A DNA stretch of 64,000 bases from an uncultured Spirochaetota bacterium (GTDB taxonomy: Bacteria > Spirochaetota > Spirochaetia > SZUA-6 > Fen-1364), in assembly GCA_963820525.1 (NCBI GenBank), contig CAWGAA010000001.1, positions 32,001 through 96,000 on the forward strand, written 5' to 3'. Within the stretch, counting starts at the first letter, position 1; each line of letters opens with the position of its first letter. The position numbers and the translations under genes were made by a program. The notes below the pieces were generated by a model. That model had not been told where the DNA came from and did not search any database. It worked only from the letters and a program-made list of their open reading frames with translations. Of this stretch, positions 37,480 to 47,385 are shown in pieces.

Positions 37480-38844
37480 TCAGGTTCCCGGAGACACCCT
37501 TTCCCTGTAGATCCTCTCGGCGATCTGGAGCAGCTTCTCCTTTTCGTTGAGGGCCGGGTCCTCCAGGACAGCCGCAAGCAGCTCGGAAAGCACGGTGCCG
37601 ACCGCGGGTCCCGCGGGGATGCCCAGCCGCTCCATGATGTCCCGCCCGTTAGCGGCGAGCTGCTTCACCGTGAAAGCCCGTTCACCCTCCATCACGGAGC
37701 GCACGCGCCCCGCGAAGATGGAGAGGCCCTCCGGAAACATCTCAGCGTTCTCCCTGCACATGCCGATCTGGTCGGCCCTGCGCAGCAGGATGAGATCGTC
37801 GACGTTCTCCTCGCCCACCCGGGCGACAAGCCTCCGCACCGCCGCGTCGCTCCATTCCTCCTGGTAGTTGAACATGTGGTGGAGGACGAGGTGCGAGACG
37901 GACTTGATCGTGAGGTTGGGGAACCTGAGCCTGCGAAGGATCTCCTCGGTCATCTCGCTTCCCAGCCGCTCGTGTGAATAGAAGACGATACGGCCGCTTT
38001 CATCCATGCGGCGGCACCTCGGCTTGCCGACGTCGTGGAGCAGCGCCGCCAGCCTGACTGAGGTGTTCCCCACCGGCGCGGCGTCACAGGTGTAGAGGGA
38101 GTGGGTCAGCACGTCATAACAGTGAAGGTCTCCCTGTGCCACCCCGGCCCCTTCGACAAGCTCGGGCAGGATCAGGGCGAGAAGGCCCGTTTCCAGCATG
38201 AGAAGGAACCCCACCGACGGGGTGGGCGACTCGAGGATCTTCACGATCTCGTCGCGCACCCTCTCCCGCGACACGCCGGCTGTCACGTCGAGGGCCTTGC
38301 CGATGGCCTGTCTGGTGGATTCATCGATCACGAAGGAGAATTGGGAGGCGAAGCGGCAGGCACGAAGGGGCCGAAGCCCATCCTCGCGGAAGCGATCCAG
38401 AGGATCGCCAATGGCGCGGATGATGCCCCGCTTGAGGTCGGCGCGGCCGTCGTGGGGATCGTGAATGAGCCCCGTATAAAGGTCGTAGGCGATCGCGTTG
38501 ATCGTGAAGTCCCTCCGGGAGAGATCTTCAAAGATCGAGGGAGCGAAAGTGACGCTGTCGGGTCTCCTTCCGTCGCTGTAGCCCGACTCGATGCGAAATG
38601 TGGTCACCTCGAAGCGCGTGTCCTGGTAGAGCACCGTGACGGTCCCGTGCTTGATGCCCGTGGGAATGACGCGGCGGAACATCGCCGTCACCTGGTCCGG
38701 CTTGGCGTCGGTAGCGATGTCCCAGTCCGCGTGAATCCTCCCCATGAGCAGGTCGCGCACGGCACCGCCTACCAGAAAGCACTGGAATCCATTGGACTTG
38801 AACATCGAAGCGAAGCTCTTTACGGATCGAGGAATGCGCAGCAC
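37480..38844 (-). CDS. cca: CCA tRNA nucleotidyltransferase with HD domain
   Basis: VGGAVRD, DWD, RRDFTINA, EDGLR, LLHDVGK; probable GTG start at 38844. Confidence 0.9.
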   Translation of the reverse strand: MLRIPRSVKSFASMFKSNGFQCFLVGGAVRDLLMGRIHADWDIATDAKPDQVTAMFRRVIPTGIKHGTVTVLYQDTRFEVTTFRIESGYSDGRRPDSVTFAPSIFEDLSRRDFTINAIAYDLYTGLIHDPHDGRADLKRGIIRAIGDPLDRFREDGLRPLRACRFASQFSFVIDESTRQAIGKALDVTAGVSRERVRDEIVKILESPTPSVGFLLMLETGLLALILPELVEGAGVAQGDLHCYDVLTHSLYTCDAAPVGNTSVRLAALLHDVGKPRCRRMDESGRIVFYSHERLGSEMTEEILRRLRFPNLTIKSVSHLVLHHMFNYQEEWSDAAVRRLVARVGEENVDDLILLRRADQIGMCRENAEMFPEGLSIFAGRVRSVMEGERAFTVKQLAANGRDIMERLGIPAGPAVGTVLSELLAAVLEDPALNEKEKLLQIAERIYRERVSPGT

Positions 38845-38960
38845 TGGAAACACAGTAAACAGGCACCCGCCGGCTTTATCAAGAGGGGCTCGCGTGCGGC
38901 GCAGCCGCTCGCGCAAGGGGCCCGGGGCGGCAGCGCGGCAGGGAGCGCCGACAGCCGGGA

Positions 38961-39833
38961 TTACCTGAAGAGCTGCAGGACCGACTGGGGCATCGTGTTC
39001 GCCTGGGCCAGCATGGCTGTGGCGGATTGGACCAGGATCTGGTCCTTCACGAATTCGACCATCCCCTCGGCCATATCCTCGTCTCTGATGAGGGATTCCG
39101 CGGCCTGGAGGTTTTCAGCGCCGACCGCGAGGCCTTTCATCGTGTACTCCAACCGGTTCTGATAGGCGCCGAGGTCGGCACGCTGCTTGTTCACGATCTT
39201 CAGAGCGCTGTCGATGAAGCCGATGGCGATGTTAGCCTTGTCGGGCGAGGAGATCGAGATGAAGGTCGCGGTGCTGGTGAGGCCGTTGGCGCTCTGGATC
39301 CCGAGGCCCTGGGCCGTCATCGTGCCGATGAAGACCCTCTCCCGCTGATCCATGTTGGCGCCGATCTGGAACCACATGCTGGCGGTAATGAGGTTCTCTC
39401 CCGTGGAGCGCGCGAACCGCCCCGTAAGCATGTTCATCCCATTGAATTGGGCATGGGAAGCGATGCGGTTGACCTCGTCCACGAGCTGCGAGATCTCCAC
39501 CTGGATCTGCATTCGATCCTCGGTTGAATAAACGCCGTTGGCCGCCTCGACGGCGAGCTCGCGCATGCGCTGGAGGATGTCCTCGCTCTCCTGGAGGTAG
39601 CCCTCCGTGGTCTGGATGAAGGAAATCCCGTTCTGGGCGTTGGTCTCCGCCATCTTCAACCCGCGGATCTGCGAGCGCATTTTCTCCGAAACGGCGAGAC
39701 CGGAGGCGTCGTCTCCGGCGCGGGTGATCCTCTGGCCCGAGGAGAGCTTGTCCATGGCCTTGTCCGCCTCGAGGTTGTTGAACTTCAGCTGCCGCTCCGC
39801 GAAAATCGCGCTCATATTGTGGTTGATGATCAT
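38961..39833 (-). CDS. flaB: flagellar filament core protein FlaB
   Basis: [52 protein letters not shown]. Confidence 0.96.
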   Translation of the reverse strand: MIINHNMSAIFAERQLKFNNLEADKAMDKLSSGQRITRAGDDASGLAVSEKMRSQIRGLKMAETNAQNGISFIQTTEGYLQESEDILQRMRELAVEAANGVYSTEDRMQIQVEISQLVDEVNRIASHAQFNGMNMLTGRFARSTGENLITASMWFQIGANMDQRERVFIGTMTAQGLGIQSANGLTSTATFISISSPDKANIAIGFIDSALKIVNKQRADLGAYQNRLEYTMKGLAVGAENLQAAESLIRDEDMAEGMVEFVKDQILVQSATAMLAQANTMPQSVLQLFR

Positions 39834-39929
39834 TGAAACCTCCTCGACCGCAAGCCCTGGACTCCTCTCCCGGGACGGTGGCCGCCCTCCGGCGTGCACG
39901 GCGGGATGCTCGAAGCATCCCTTCCATAA

Positions 39930-39956
39930 TCGTCGGACGATTTGAAAAGTCCTAAA
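39930..39956 (-). promoter_or_regulatory. possible sigma28 promoter of flaB
   Basis: TTTA-N15-TCCGACGA versus consensus TAAA-N15-GCCGATAA; imperfect match. Confidence 0.4.
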
Positions 39957-40077
39957 GAGAAATCAGGATCCGCGCCGATCGCGCGCACGGCGCCGCGCTC
40001 CCCGCCTGCGCGATGCGCGGCGAAGGGCAGTTGCAAGAATGAGCCAAAGTCATTACTGTTTTGGCCACGGGAGGAGC

Positions 40078-40722
40078 ATGAGGCCCGTGAAGGGACTTCT
40101 CATCATCGGAGGCGAAGGCCCTGATGCAGGGCTCTTCGAGGAATGTCGCCAGGGGGCGAGTATCGTGGTGGCCGCGGATTCCGGCCTGGAGAGCGCGCTC
40201 GCGCTGGGTGTCGAGCCGGACCTCGTCGTCGGCGACATGGATTCGCTCCGTGACAGGACTCTCCTCTCCCGTTTTCCGCCGGAGCGCAGGATGATCTACT
40301 CCGTGGACAAGGACGAGACCGATACCGAGATAGGGCTTGGCGTTCTCCAGCAGAAGGGGTGCGACGAGGTGATCATCGCCGGCGGGGGCGGCGGCAGGAT
40401 CGATCATCTGCTGGGGATCCTCATGCTCTTCGAGCGGGCGAATCCTCCCCGCAGGTGGATTACGGAAAAGGAGGATATCCGCCTGGTGGAAGGGGTGGAG
40501 GAGCTCATCGGCTGCCGGGGCAGCATCGTCTCTCTCTTTCCCCTCGGAGAAAGCGCCACCGACATGGCCTCTGAAGGCTTGAAATGGCCGCTTCAGGGGC
40601 TTACTTTCCGCCGCGGCCGCGGGGGAATCAGCAATGTCGTCACGGCAGACGCGGCCTGGATCCGCATCGGGCGGGGGCGGCTTCTGCTGGTGAGATCAGA
40701 GAGCGAGGCCGGCGCATGCTAG
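40078..40722 (+). CDS. thiN: thiamine diphosphokinase
   Basis: AADSG, VGDMDS, KDETDTE, GGRIDH, GLKWPL, GISN; start may be GTG 40087. Confidence 0.93.
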   Translation: MRPVKGLLIIGGEGPDAGLFEECRQGASIVVAADSGLESALALGVEPDLVVGDMDSLRDRTLLSRFPPERRMIYSVDKDETDTEIGLGVLQQKGCDEVIIAGGGGGRIDHLLGILMLFERANPPRRWITEKEDIRLVEGVEELIGCRGSIVSLFPLGESATDMASEGLKWPLQGLTFRRGRGGISNVVTADAAWIRIGRGRLLLVRSESEAGAC

Positions 40723-42494
40723 AGAAGAGTCGACTCGAGGAGCTTTCCGCGGCCCTGCCGGAGAGCGAGAGAAAAGAGATGCTGGATCGGATCTCCAAAC
40801 GGATGGAGCGGGAGGAGACCGAAGAGACCGTCCCCGTGGAGCTGGCTGCCGACGAACGGGAGAAGATCATCTCCTATGAGATGAAGAGATCCGCATGGTG
40901 GGTCCGCTTCCTCATCTGGCTTCGGACCTTCTTCTCCGGCCGATCCAAGGTGGACGTATTCCTCGAGATCAAGCTCGGATTGCTCAAGGCGAAGATCAGG
41001 TCCGTAAACCCCGGCCTCACGGGTTTCGAAACACGCGACCTTACGCCCAAGTTCGCCCGCATCCTCTACGACATGTACGCGAAGGTTTTTCCTCTCATCG
41101 GAGCCTACCAGGCGCTCACCTCGGACAAAGCGCTGAAGGCCGGGGCCTATGGACACTACTTCGAGTCGCGCTACGAGAGGGCGAGGAAGAGCCTGGACGA
41201 GTTCATGAGCCCCGAGGAAATGGAGGAGGTCTATTCCCAGACCGGCGACACCGAGGAGATCAGGAAAAAGCTCGGCATACGGATGAACGACTATATCCGG
41301 GCCGCGCCGGAAAGCCTCTTTGCCCAATTGGAGGAGCAGGCGAAGCTCCACCTCTACCTGGGCAAGCTCGTGCTTTTCCCCTACGCCGGCCTGTTTCGCT
41401 ATTTCACGTACATGCTCACCGACTCCTTGCCGAGCGGCTATCCCGTATTCGAGCATGCCCCCGTCATGCTCACCCTCGACCTGCTGGAGAAGCTCTACGG
41501 CGCCGTGGAGCTTGTCCGGCGCTGCGCGCCGGAATATCTCTATGCCGAGGAGCCCCTGGCATACTATCTCACCGCATCGCGCGGCGTACGGCCGGAGAAG
41601 GAGCAGGATGCCACCCTGACGGAGGCGGAGCTCGCGCGGCTGCGCGCACAGATCCTCGATCTCACCAAGGAGGTGGAGGAGTTCGAGAAGGACGTGCCGC
41701 TCCTGGAGATCATCCGCTTCTTCCGAAAGGATTCCTATTACAACCTCATGTTCAACGCGCCGCGGCTCTATCTGAAGAGCCTCTACTTCTCCACCCTCAA
41801 GGGGCGGATCGGGGAAGAGCTGGAGGAGAAGCTGGCCACGATCAGGGAGCGGGTGATCTCCAAGAAGATCCAGGACATCCTCAAGAGCCAGAAGCTCATC
41901 GAGCTCTCCTACTACAGGGAGAGCCTGGGATTCGATTTCAGGAAGATCGGCCTTCCCGTCTTTTCCCACATCAGGAGCATCAACCTCACATACAACTACC
42001 TCATCTCCCAGTACAAGGGAACGATCCAGGAAGCGGTGCAGGTTGTTTCCGCTACGGCGCTCGCCAACAACCGCATCACCCAAAACAGGCTCATGCAGAA
42101 CGTCTCCGGCCTGGAGGACCTGGAAGCGAAGATCATCCTCTTCGACCGGTCCCTTTCCCCCGAGGAAGACGACGGAAAGCAGCTGGCGCGGTTCCGCTTC
42201 AACGTGAGCACCGACCTCATCCTCCAGAAGAGCTACAGGGCGTTCGTCGTGCAGAAGGACCGGGAGGCTCGAGACCACGTCGAAAAAGCCCGGGAAAGCC
42301 TGAGCGGGATAAAGAAGATTTTCGACGAGATCCGCACGAGCACCTTCGAGAACACCCGCTCCCTGCTGAAGACCCTCCACATGTACAAGGGCAAGAACCA
42401 GACCCTTGCCCAGATCCTCAACGCGCGTTCCGAGGGGATCGGAGCGCTCTTGAGCCTTCTCGATCAGCTCCTGGAAATCGAAAAAGGGGCCTGA
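40716..42494 (+). CDS. conserved spirochaete hypothetical helical protein (DUF5312-like), 592 aa
   Basis: Long ORF with typical codon usage, overlapping the thiN stop; family call tentative. Confidence 0.7.
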   Translation: MLEKSRLEELSAALPESERKEMLDRISKRMEREETEETVPVELAADEREKIISYEMKRSAWWVRFLIWLRTFFSGRSKVDVFLEIKLGLLKAKIRSVNPGLTGFETRDLTPKFARILYDMYAKVFPLIGAYQALTSDKALKAGAYGHYFESRYERARKSLDEFMSPEEMEEVYSQTGDTEEIRKKLGIRMNDYIRAAPESLFAQLEEQAKLHLYLGKLVLFPYAGLFRYFTYMLTDSLPSGYPVFEHAPVMLTLDLLEKLYGAVELVRRCAPEYLYAEEPLAYYLTASRGVRPEKEQDATLTEAELARLRAQILDLTKEVEEFEKDVPLLEIIRFFRKDSYYNLMFNAPRLYLKSLYFSTLKGRIGEELEEKLATIRERVISKKIQDILKSQKLIELSYYRESLGFDFRKIGLPVFSHIRSINLTYNYLISQYKGTIQEAVQVVSATALANNRITQNRLMQNVSGLEDLEAKIILFDRSLSPEEDDGKQLARFRFNVSTDLILQKSYRAFVVQKDREARDHVEKARESLSGIKKIFDEIRTSTFENTRSLLKTLHMYKGKNQTLAQILNARSEGIGALLSLLDQLLEIEKGA

Positions 42495-42970
42495 GAGGCG
42501 AGATCGCGCAGGCGGTTCACCGTCTCCCTCGGATCTTCAACCAACACCCGTTTTCCCGCTATCAGATCCGCAATTCCGGTCTCCCGGGGGTAGCGGGGAA
42601 TGATGTGGAGGTGAAGGTGGTCGATCGAGGCGCCCGCCGGTCGTCCCATGTTGTACCCGATGTTGTATCCTTGCGGAGAATACGCGCGGTCGAGAAGCTC
42701 CAGGAGGTAGCGCAGCAGGCCGGTGAGCCTCTGCTCCTCTTCCGCGGTGAGCTCCCGGATGTCCTCGACGTGGCGCATCGGGTAGAGGAGGAGATGGCCG
42801 GGATTGTAGGGGTAGAGGTTCACGGACGCCATGAAGAGCGTGTCGCGGATGATGGAGAGGTCGACCACGCCGGGGTCCCGGTCCCTAACCAGGCAGAGGA
42901 TGCAGCCCTGCGGCTTTCTTCCCTTGACGTAGGACATCTTGTCGAAGTTGAAGAAGTATCCGTCGCTCAC
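42464..42970 (-). CDS. HIT family hydrolase (Ap4A hydrolase/phosphorylase-like)
   Basis: CILC, NLYPYNPGH, AGASIDHLHLHIIPR. Confidence 0.92.
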   Translation of the reverse strand: MSDGYFFNFDKMSYVKGRKPQGCILCLVRDRDPGVVDLSIIRDTLFMASVNLYPYNPGHLLLYPMRHVEDIRELTAEEEQRLTGLLRYLLELLDRAYSPQGYNIGYNMGRPAGASIDHLHLHIIPRYPRETGIADLIAGKRVLVEDPRETVNRLRDLASQAPFSISRS

Positions 42971-42975
42971 GACGA

Positions 42976-43869
42976 TTATTCCAGGCGGTTCAGCCTGTCC
43001 AGCAGGTCGAGGTTCTGCAGATCTTGCGGGGAAAAACTCTTTGCCGTGGTGAGAAAGAGGAACTTGATGAGCGCGGGGTGTTTGTCCAGGAGCTCCCCGT
43101 ACTTTCCCAGGATCGCGAGGTTGCGTTCCTGCCGCTCCTCGGCAGCCTTCTGCTGGACTTCCTGTACGGCGAGGCGTGCAGCTTCGTTTTTCATCGTGCT
43201 TTCGCGGGCGGCGGCCATGCCGAGGTAGGTATTTCGCAGTTGCGCGTACAGGGCGACGTCGGGAACGCGGACGACCGTCGCGGCGAGAGAGACGAACTCG
43301 AGATGGGGGAAAGAACGGGGGAGCTGGGCCGCTATCAATTCGGCTATACCGCCCGTGACGTCGGGCAGCCCGGTGCCTGAGGCAGCGGGTGCCGCGGCCA
43401 CCTCCGCGCCCAAGGCGATCTCCGTCGCTTTGCTCCGCATCTGCTCGCTCCACGTCGCGTAGAGATCTGAAAGACCGTCCGGCCTGAGACGGACGGTGTC
43501 GGTGAGCCCGGGAAGGGCTTCAGGCTTGAGGCGGTAGAGGCCCGAGAGATGGAGCTGGAAGGAGAAATCGGGATGCTCGGGAGTGAGGGCGGCGTAGACA
43601 TCCCCGGAGGGCAGAATCCCGGAGATGGAAAGGTTCATCGATTGAGCCGTGAGGGGAAATCGATACAGGGTGAGGGCTCCGGGGATGATCCTTTCCCAGC
43701 GCCAGGTTATTCCTTCGGGCCGCACGACGGATTTCTCCAGCCCGTGGGCTCTGGTGAATATCACCCCGTAGGTGTCCGGAGCGAGAAGGAGTTGAATCCA
43801 TCCTACGAAGAAGCCGGCAATCAGGAGCGCGATGAGCACGCCCGTGGGGACGATCCAGTAATGTCGCAT
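42976..43869 (-). CDS. membrane-anchored hypothetical protein, SPFH/band-7-like
   Basis: N-terminal TM helix, YGVIFTR..G..WRWERIIP, C-terminal coiled coil. Confidence 0.65.
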   Translation of the reverse strand: MRHYWIVPTGVLIALLIAGFFVGWIQLLLAPDTYGVIFTRAHGLEKSVVRPEGITWRWERIIPGALTLYRFPLTAQSMNLSISGILPSGDVYAALTPEHPDFSFQLHLSGLYRLKPEALPGLTDTVRLRPDGLSDLYATWSEQMRSKATEIALGAEVAAAPAASGTGLPDVTGGIAELIAAQLPRSFPHLEFVSLAATVVRVPDVALYAQLRNTYLGMAAARESTMKNEAARLAVQEVQQKAAEERQERNLAILGKYGELLDKHPALIKFLFLTTAKSFSPQDLQNLDLLDRLNRLE

Positions 43870-43913
43870 AATACTTCCCTGTCGGTCCTCGAACGATTTA
43901 TAATGGGACGTCG

Positions 43914-44249
43914 ATGAAAACATATCCTTTTCTCCTGCGGGTGTCCAGCTTCACGGGGAGGGCCGTGGTGTTTTTCTTCATCTCCTCGCTCCTCGCCTTC
44001 TTCTTCTATCTCCTGGGAAACTATCAGGACTTTCTCGACTCGACCCAGCTCTTTCTCCTGGCCGTACTGCACGTCTCGCTCATCCTCCAGCTCGCGTGCA
44101 GCGTCTACCTCGCGGCGTTCCTCGTCCTGCGCTCGATCCGCGAGCATAAGGTGTTCCTCGCGCGCTTCATCATGCTCGCCCTTTCGATGGCGGTGTGCGG
44201 CGGACTTCTGGTGTCGATGCGATTCCTCCAGTCCTGGCTCCAGGCCTGA
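43914..44249 (+). CDS. small 3-TM hypothetical protein
   Basis: Hydrophobic helices with YLLGNYQDFLDSTQ. Confidence 0.72.
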   Translation: MKTYPFLLRVSSFTGRAVVFFFISSLLAFFFYLLGNYQDFLDSTQLFLLAVLHVSLILQLACSVYLAAFLVLRSIREHKVFLARFIMLALSMAVCGGLLVSMRFLQSWLQA

Positions 44250-44271
44250 AATGCTGTTATAATCATCCTCG

Positions 44272-45408
44272 ATGGTCGCCTTCACCCTCGACATGCCCAG
44301 GAGAATCTCGTTCGGCCTCGGGATACTGGCAAAGCTCCCGGCAATTGCAAAGGCGCTGGGGAGGCGCATCCTCATTGTGGCCGGCTCGCGCTGGTTCGCC
44401 GGCTCGGGGTGGAAGAGGAGGGTGGAGGAGATGCTCGGCGGGCTCGTCTTCGAGCACCTCACGTGCGGGACCGGAGAGCCGACAACCGACTCATTGGCCG
44501 AAGCTCGCGGGCGGGCCCGTGCGTTCGGCCCCGATGGAATTCTCGCCATCGGTGGAGGCTCGATCCTGGACACGGCCAAGGCCCTTTCGGCTCTCCTCGC
44601 ATTGCCCGCCAGGGTCGAGGAGTACCTGGAAGGAGTCGAAGGAGCCAGGGAGATTCCGGGGCCGGGAGTGCCGTGGATCGCGATTCCCTCCACGGCGGGC
44701 ACCGGGGCGGAGGTCACCAAGAACGCTGTCATCAAGCACACGACTCTCAATGTGAAGCGCAGCATGCGCTCCCTGCATCTCCTGGCCCGCGAGGTGCTGG
44801 TGGATCCCGAGCTCACCATGGGGCTTCCCCTCTCCGTCACGGGGATCTCGGGGCTCGACGCCCTGACGCAGCTTGTCGAGGCATACGTGTCGCGGGGCTC
44901 GACTCCGCTCATCAGCGGGATGGTGCGAAACGCCTTCCCGCTGATGCTTGATGCGCTGCGCGGTCTTCCCGCAAACCCGTCCAGCCCGGAGCTGCGCTCA
45001 GATGCCTCCTATGGGGCTCTCGTCAGCGGGATCGCCCTCGCCAACGCGGGCCTCGGAGCCGCCCACGGATTCGCGGCAGCGATCGGCGGCGCCTACGAGA
45101 TCCAGCATGGGCTTCTCTGCGCGGTGATGCTCCCCCATGTGCTCGAGGCCAACGCGCCGGTGATAACGGAGCGAATCGCGGAGCTCGCATCGGGGGAAGC
45201 GGACGGACGGGACCCGGTCGAATGGCTTGCCGAAACGGTGCGCGAGCTCCTGCGTGCCTACGGCCTCCCTCTCGACCTGAAGAGCTTCGGCATTCCCAGA
45301 AGCATGCTGTCGGAGCTTGCCGAAAACTCGTCGGGCTCCAGCATGCGGGGAAATCCGCGGGAGCTGAGCAGGCAGGACAAGGAAAACCTGCTCTCCCGAG
45401 TCATCTGA
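44272..45408 (+). CDS. iron-containing alcohol dehydrogenase family protein
   Basis: IGGGSILDTAK, PSTAGTGAE, DALTQ, AHG, HG. Confidence 0.93.
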   Translation: MVAFTLDMPRRISFGLGILAKLPAIAKALGRRILIVAGSRWFAGSGWKRRVEEMLGGLVFEHLTCGTGEPTTDSLAEARGRARAFGPDGILAIGGGSILDTAKALSALLALPARVEEYLEGVEGAREIPGPGVPWIAIPSTAGTGAEVTKNAVIKHTTLNVKRSMRSLHLLAREVLVDPELTMGLPLSVTGISGLDALTQLVEAYVSRGSTPLISGMVRNAFPLMLDALRGLPANPSSPELRSDASYGALVSGIALANAGLGAAHGFAAAIGGAYEIQHGLLCAVMLPHVLEANAPVITERIAELASGEADGRDPVEWLAETVRELLRAYGLPLDLKSFGIPRSMLSELAENSSGSSMRGNPRELSRQDKENLLSRVI

Positions 45409-45430
45409 GCAAGGAAGGTGGAGCTCAAGA

Positions 45431-45805
45431 ATGGTTTTTGCCGTGAGGGGCGCAATCCAGGTTGGAGAGAATTCGGCGGTCGCGATCCAGGATGCCTCCG
45501 CCAGGCTCGTGCGGGAGATCTGCCGGAGGAACGGGCTTGAGGAGCAGGACGTGGTGAGCGTCATCTTCTCCTTGACAACGGACCTCTCCGCTGCCAATCC
45601 CGCGGCCGGGCTTCGACGCGGTGGATTCTCCGAGACGCCGCTTTTCTGCGTGCAGGAGGTGCGCGTGGAGGGGGGCATGCCTCGGATCATCAGGGTGCTT
45701 CTCACGGCGGAGATCGACAGGCGGCGCAGAGACGGCGGCGGGCGGCGGGCGGTGCACGTGTATCTCGACGGCGCGGAAGCGCTGCGTCCCGATCTGGTCG
45801 GATGA
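45431..45805 (+). CDS. aroH: chorismate mutase, AroH type
   Basis: AVRGA, SVIFS.T.DL, HVYL.GA..LRPDL. Confidence 0.93.
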   Translation: MVFAVRGAIQVGENSAVAIQDASARLVREICRRNGLEEQDVVSVIFSLTTDLSAANPAAGLRRGGFSETPLFCVQEVRVEGGMPRIIRVLLTAEIDRRRRDGGGRRAVHVYLDGAEALRPDLVG

Positions 45806-47385
45806 CCGGTATGCCGCCATTTTCAGTCTGGCATGTCACGCGGGAGTACTCGGGGATTGCCGAGGCGGGAGGAGTGAAGGACGCGGTCCACGGCCTCTCT
45901 CTGGCATTGGCGCGCGCGGGCGTCAACACCTCGGTAGTCATCCCCTACTACGGGTTTCTCCGGGGAAAGCTTCCCCAGGGAGAGAGCGTCGCCTCCTTTT
46001 CGCTTTCCATCCCGGACCAGGACAAGGGCTTTCGGGTTCGCGAGGAGCAGGTGCAGGTATTCTCCCGCAGCGCCGACGGAGTGAGGCTCCTGCTGGTCGA
46101 TTCGCCCCGGTTCGCCGACAAGAGGGACGTGTACACCTACACCGCGGAAGACGAGGCCGAGAACCCGCACAAGAAAAAAGGGACGGGACACTGGGATGCC
46201 CACCAGATGAACCTGATTCTGCAAAGGGCGGCGCTCGAGGCCGCCCTCACTAGAGAAGAGGAGATGCCTCGGATCTTTCACTGCCACGACGGGCATTCGG
46301 CGTTTCTCCCCGCGGTCATGCGGGAGAGCCCGCGCTTCGCGGCCCGCTTTTCGGCGGCGCGCGCCATGGTCACCATCCACAACGCCGGGATGGGCTACCA
46401 CCAGGAGATCTGGAGCATCGAGTTCGCCCGGTTGGTGACCGGCCTTGCGGAGGCTGTCCTCCGCCGCGGGCTTCTCAACGAAACGGTGGATCCCCTCGCG
46501 CTCGCCTCCGCGTACGCGCCCCTCTCGACAGTTTCGGAGAACTACGCGCGCGAGCTTCTGCTTGAGGAGGCGGCGGAGCTCGCAGGCGGGCTGGGACGCT
46601 TTCTCCGGGAGCGCGGGATTCCCCTTCGCGGAATTACTAACGGAATCGAGCCGGAAGCCTACGATCCGCGGAACCCGGCGGCTTGCGGGCTCCCCTACCG
46701 CTTCGATCCCAGCCAGGGGGATTGGGAAGGAAAGAGGAAGTGCCGGGCGAAGCTTTTCGAGCATCTCTCCCTGGCGAAGCCGGACGAAGGGGTTCCCCTG
46801 TTCGGCTTCATAGGACGGCTCACGCCGCAAAAGGGCATCGACGTTCTCCTGGGGGCAATCTCAAACCACCTGAGCGAGGGGAGCCGCCTGAGGTTCATTG
46901 TTCTCGGCCAGGGGGAAGGTAGGGCTGAAGAGCGATTCCTGACGCTGGCCGCGAAGAAGCCCGGGGATGGCGGGCTTCTCTTCCTTGCGCGATTCGACCC
47001 GGCTCTGGCAAAGCTGGTCTATGCCTCGAGTGATTTCCTCCTCATTCCCTCCGCCTATGAGCCATGCGGCCTCACGGATTTTCATGCCCAGCTCCTGGGA
47101 GCGATTCCCGTTGTGCATCGCGTGGGAGGGTTGGTGAAGGTCAGGGACGGGGAAACGGGCTTCTCCTACGCCGAGCACAGCGTCTCCGCACTCTCCGAGG
47201 CGATTGGCAGGTGCGCGCATCTGCTCCGCGAGGCCCCCGACTTTATCGAAGAGATACGACGGCGCGCCTTTCAGGAGATCTTCGAAAAGCATACATGGGA
47301 CAAGGTGGCCCGCGACGGCTATATCCCTTTCTATGAATCGATGCTTGAGGGACGGAGCGCGGAGGGGACGTGGAGAGGGAAATAA
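45802..47385 (+). CDS. glgA: glycogen synthase (GT5)
   Basis: AEAGGVKD (variant of KTGGL), HCHDGH, TIHN, GRLTPQKG, PSAYEPCGL. Confidence 0.88.
   Translation: MTGMPPFSVWHVTREYSGIAEAGGVKDAVHGLSLALARAGVNTSVVIPYYGFLRGKLPQGESVASFSLSIPDQDKGFRVREEQVQVFSRSADGVRLLLVDSPRFADKRDVYTYTAEDEAENPHKKKGTGHWDAHQMNLILQRAALEAALTREEEMPRIFHCHDGHSAFLPAVMRESPRFAARFSAARAMVTIHNAGMGYHQEIWSIEFARLVTGLAEAVLRRGLLNETVDPLALASAYAPLSTVSENYARELLLEEAAELAGGLGRFLRERGIPLRGITNGIEPEAYDPRNPAACGLPYRFDPSQGDWEGKRKCRAKLFEHLSLAKPDEGVPLFGFIGRLTPQKGIDVLLGAISNHLSEGSRLRFIVLGQGEGRAEERFLTLAAKKPGDGGLLFLARFDPALAKLVYASSDFLLIPSAYEPCGLTDFHAQLLGAIPVVHRVGGLVKVRDGETGFSYAEHSVSALSEAIGRCAHLLREAPDFIEEIRRRAFQEIFEKHTWDKVARDGYIPFYESMLEGRSAEGTWRGK

Noticed and set aside
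40895..43228. 777-aa plus-strand ORF
   Set aside because: Out-of-frame shadow overlapping three well-supported genes; Arg/Pro/Gly-rich nonsense composition.
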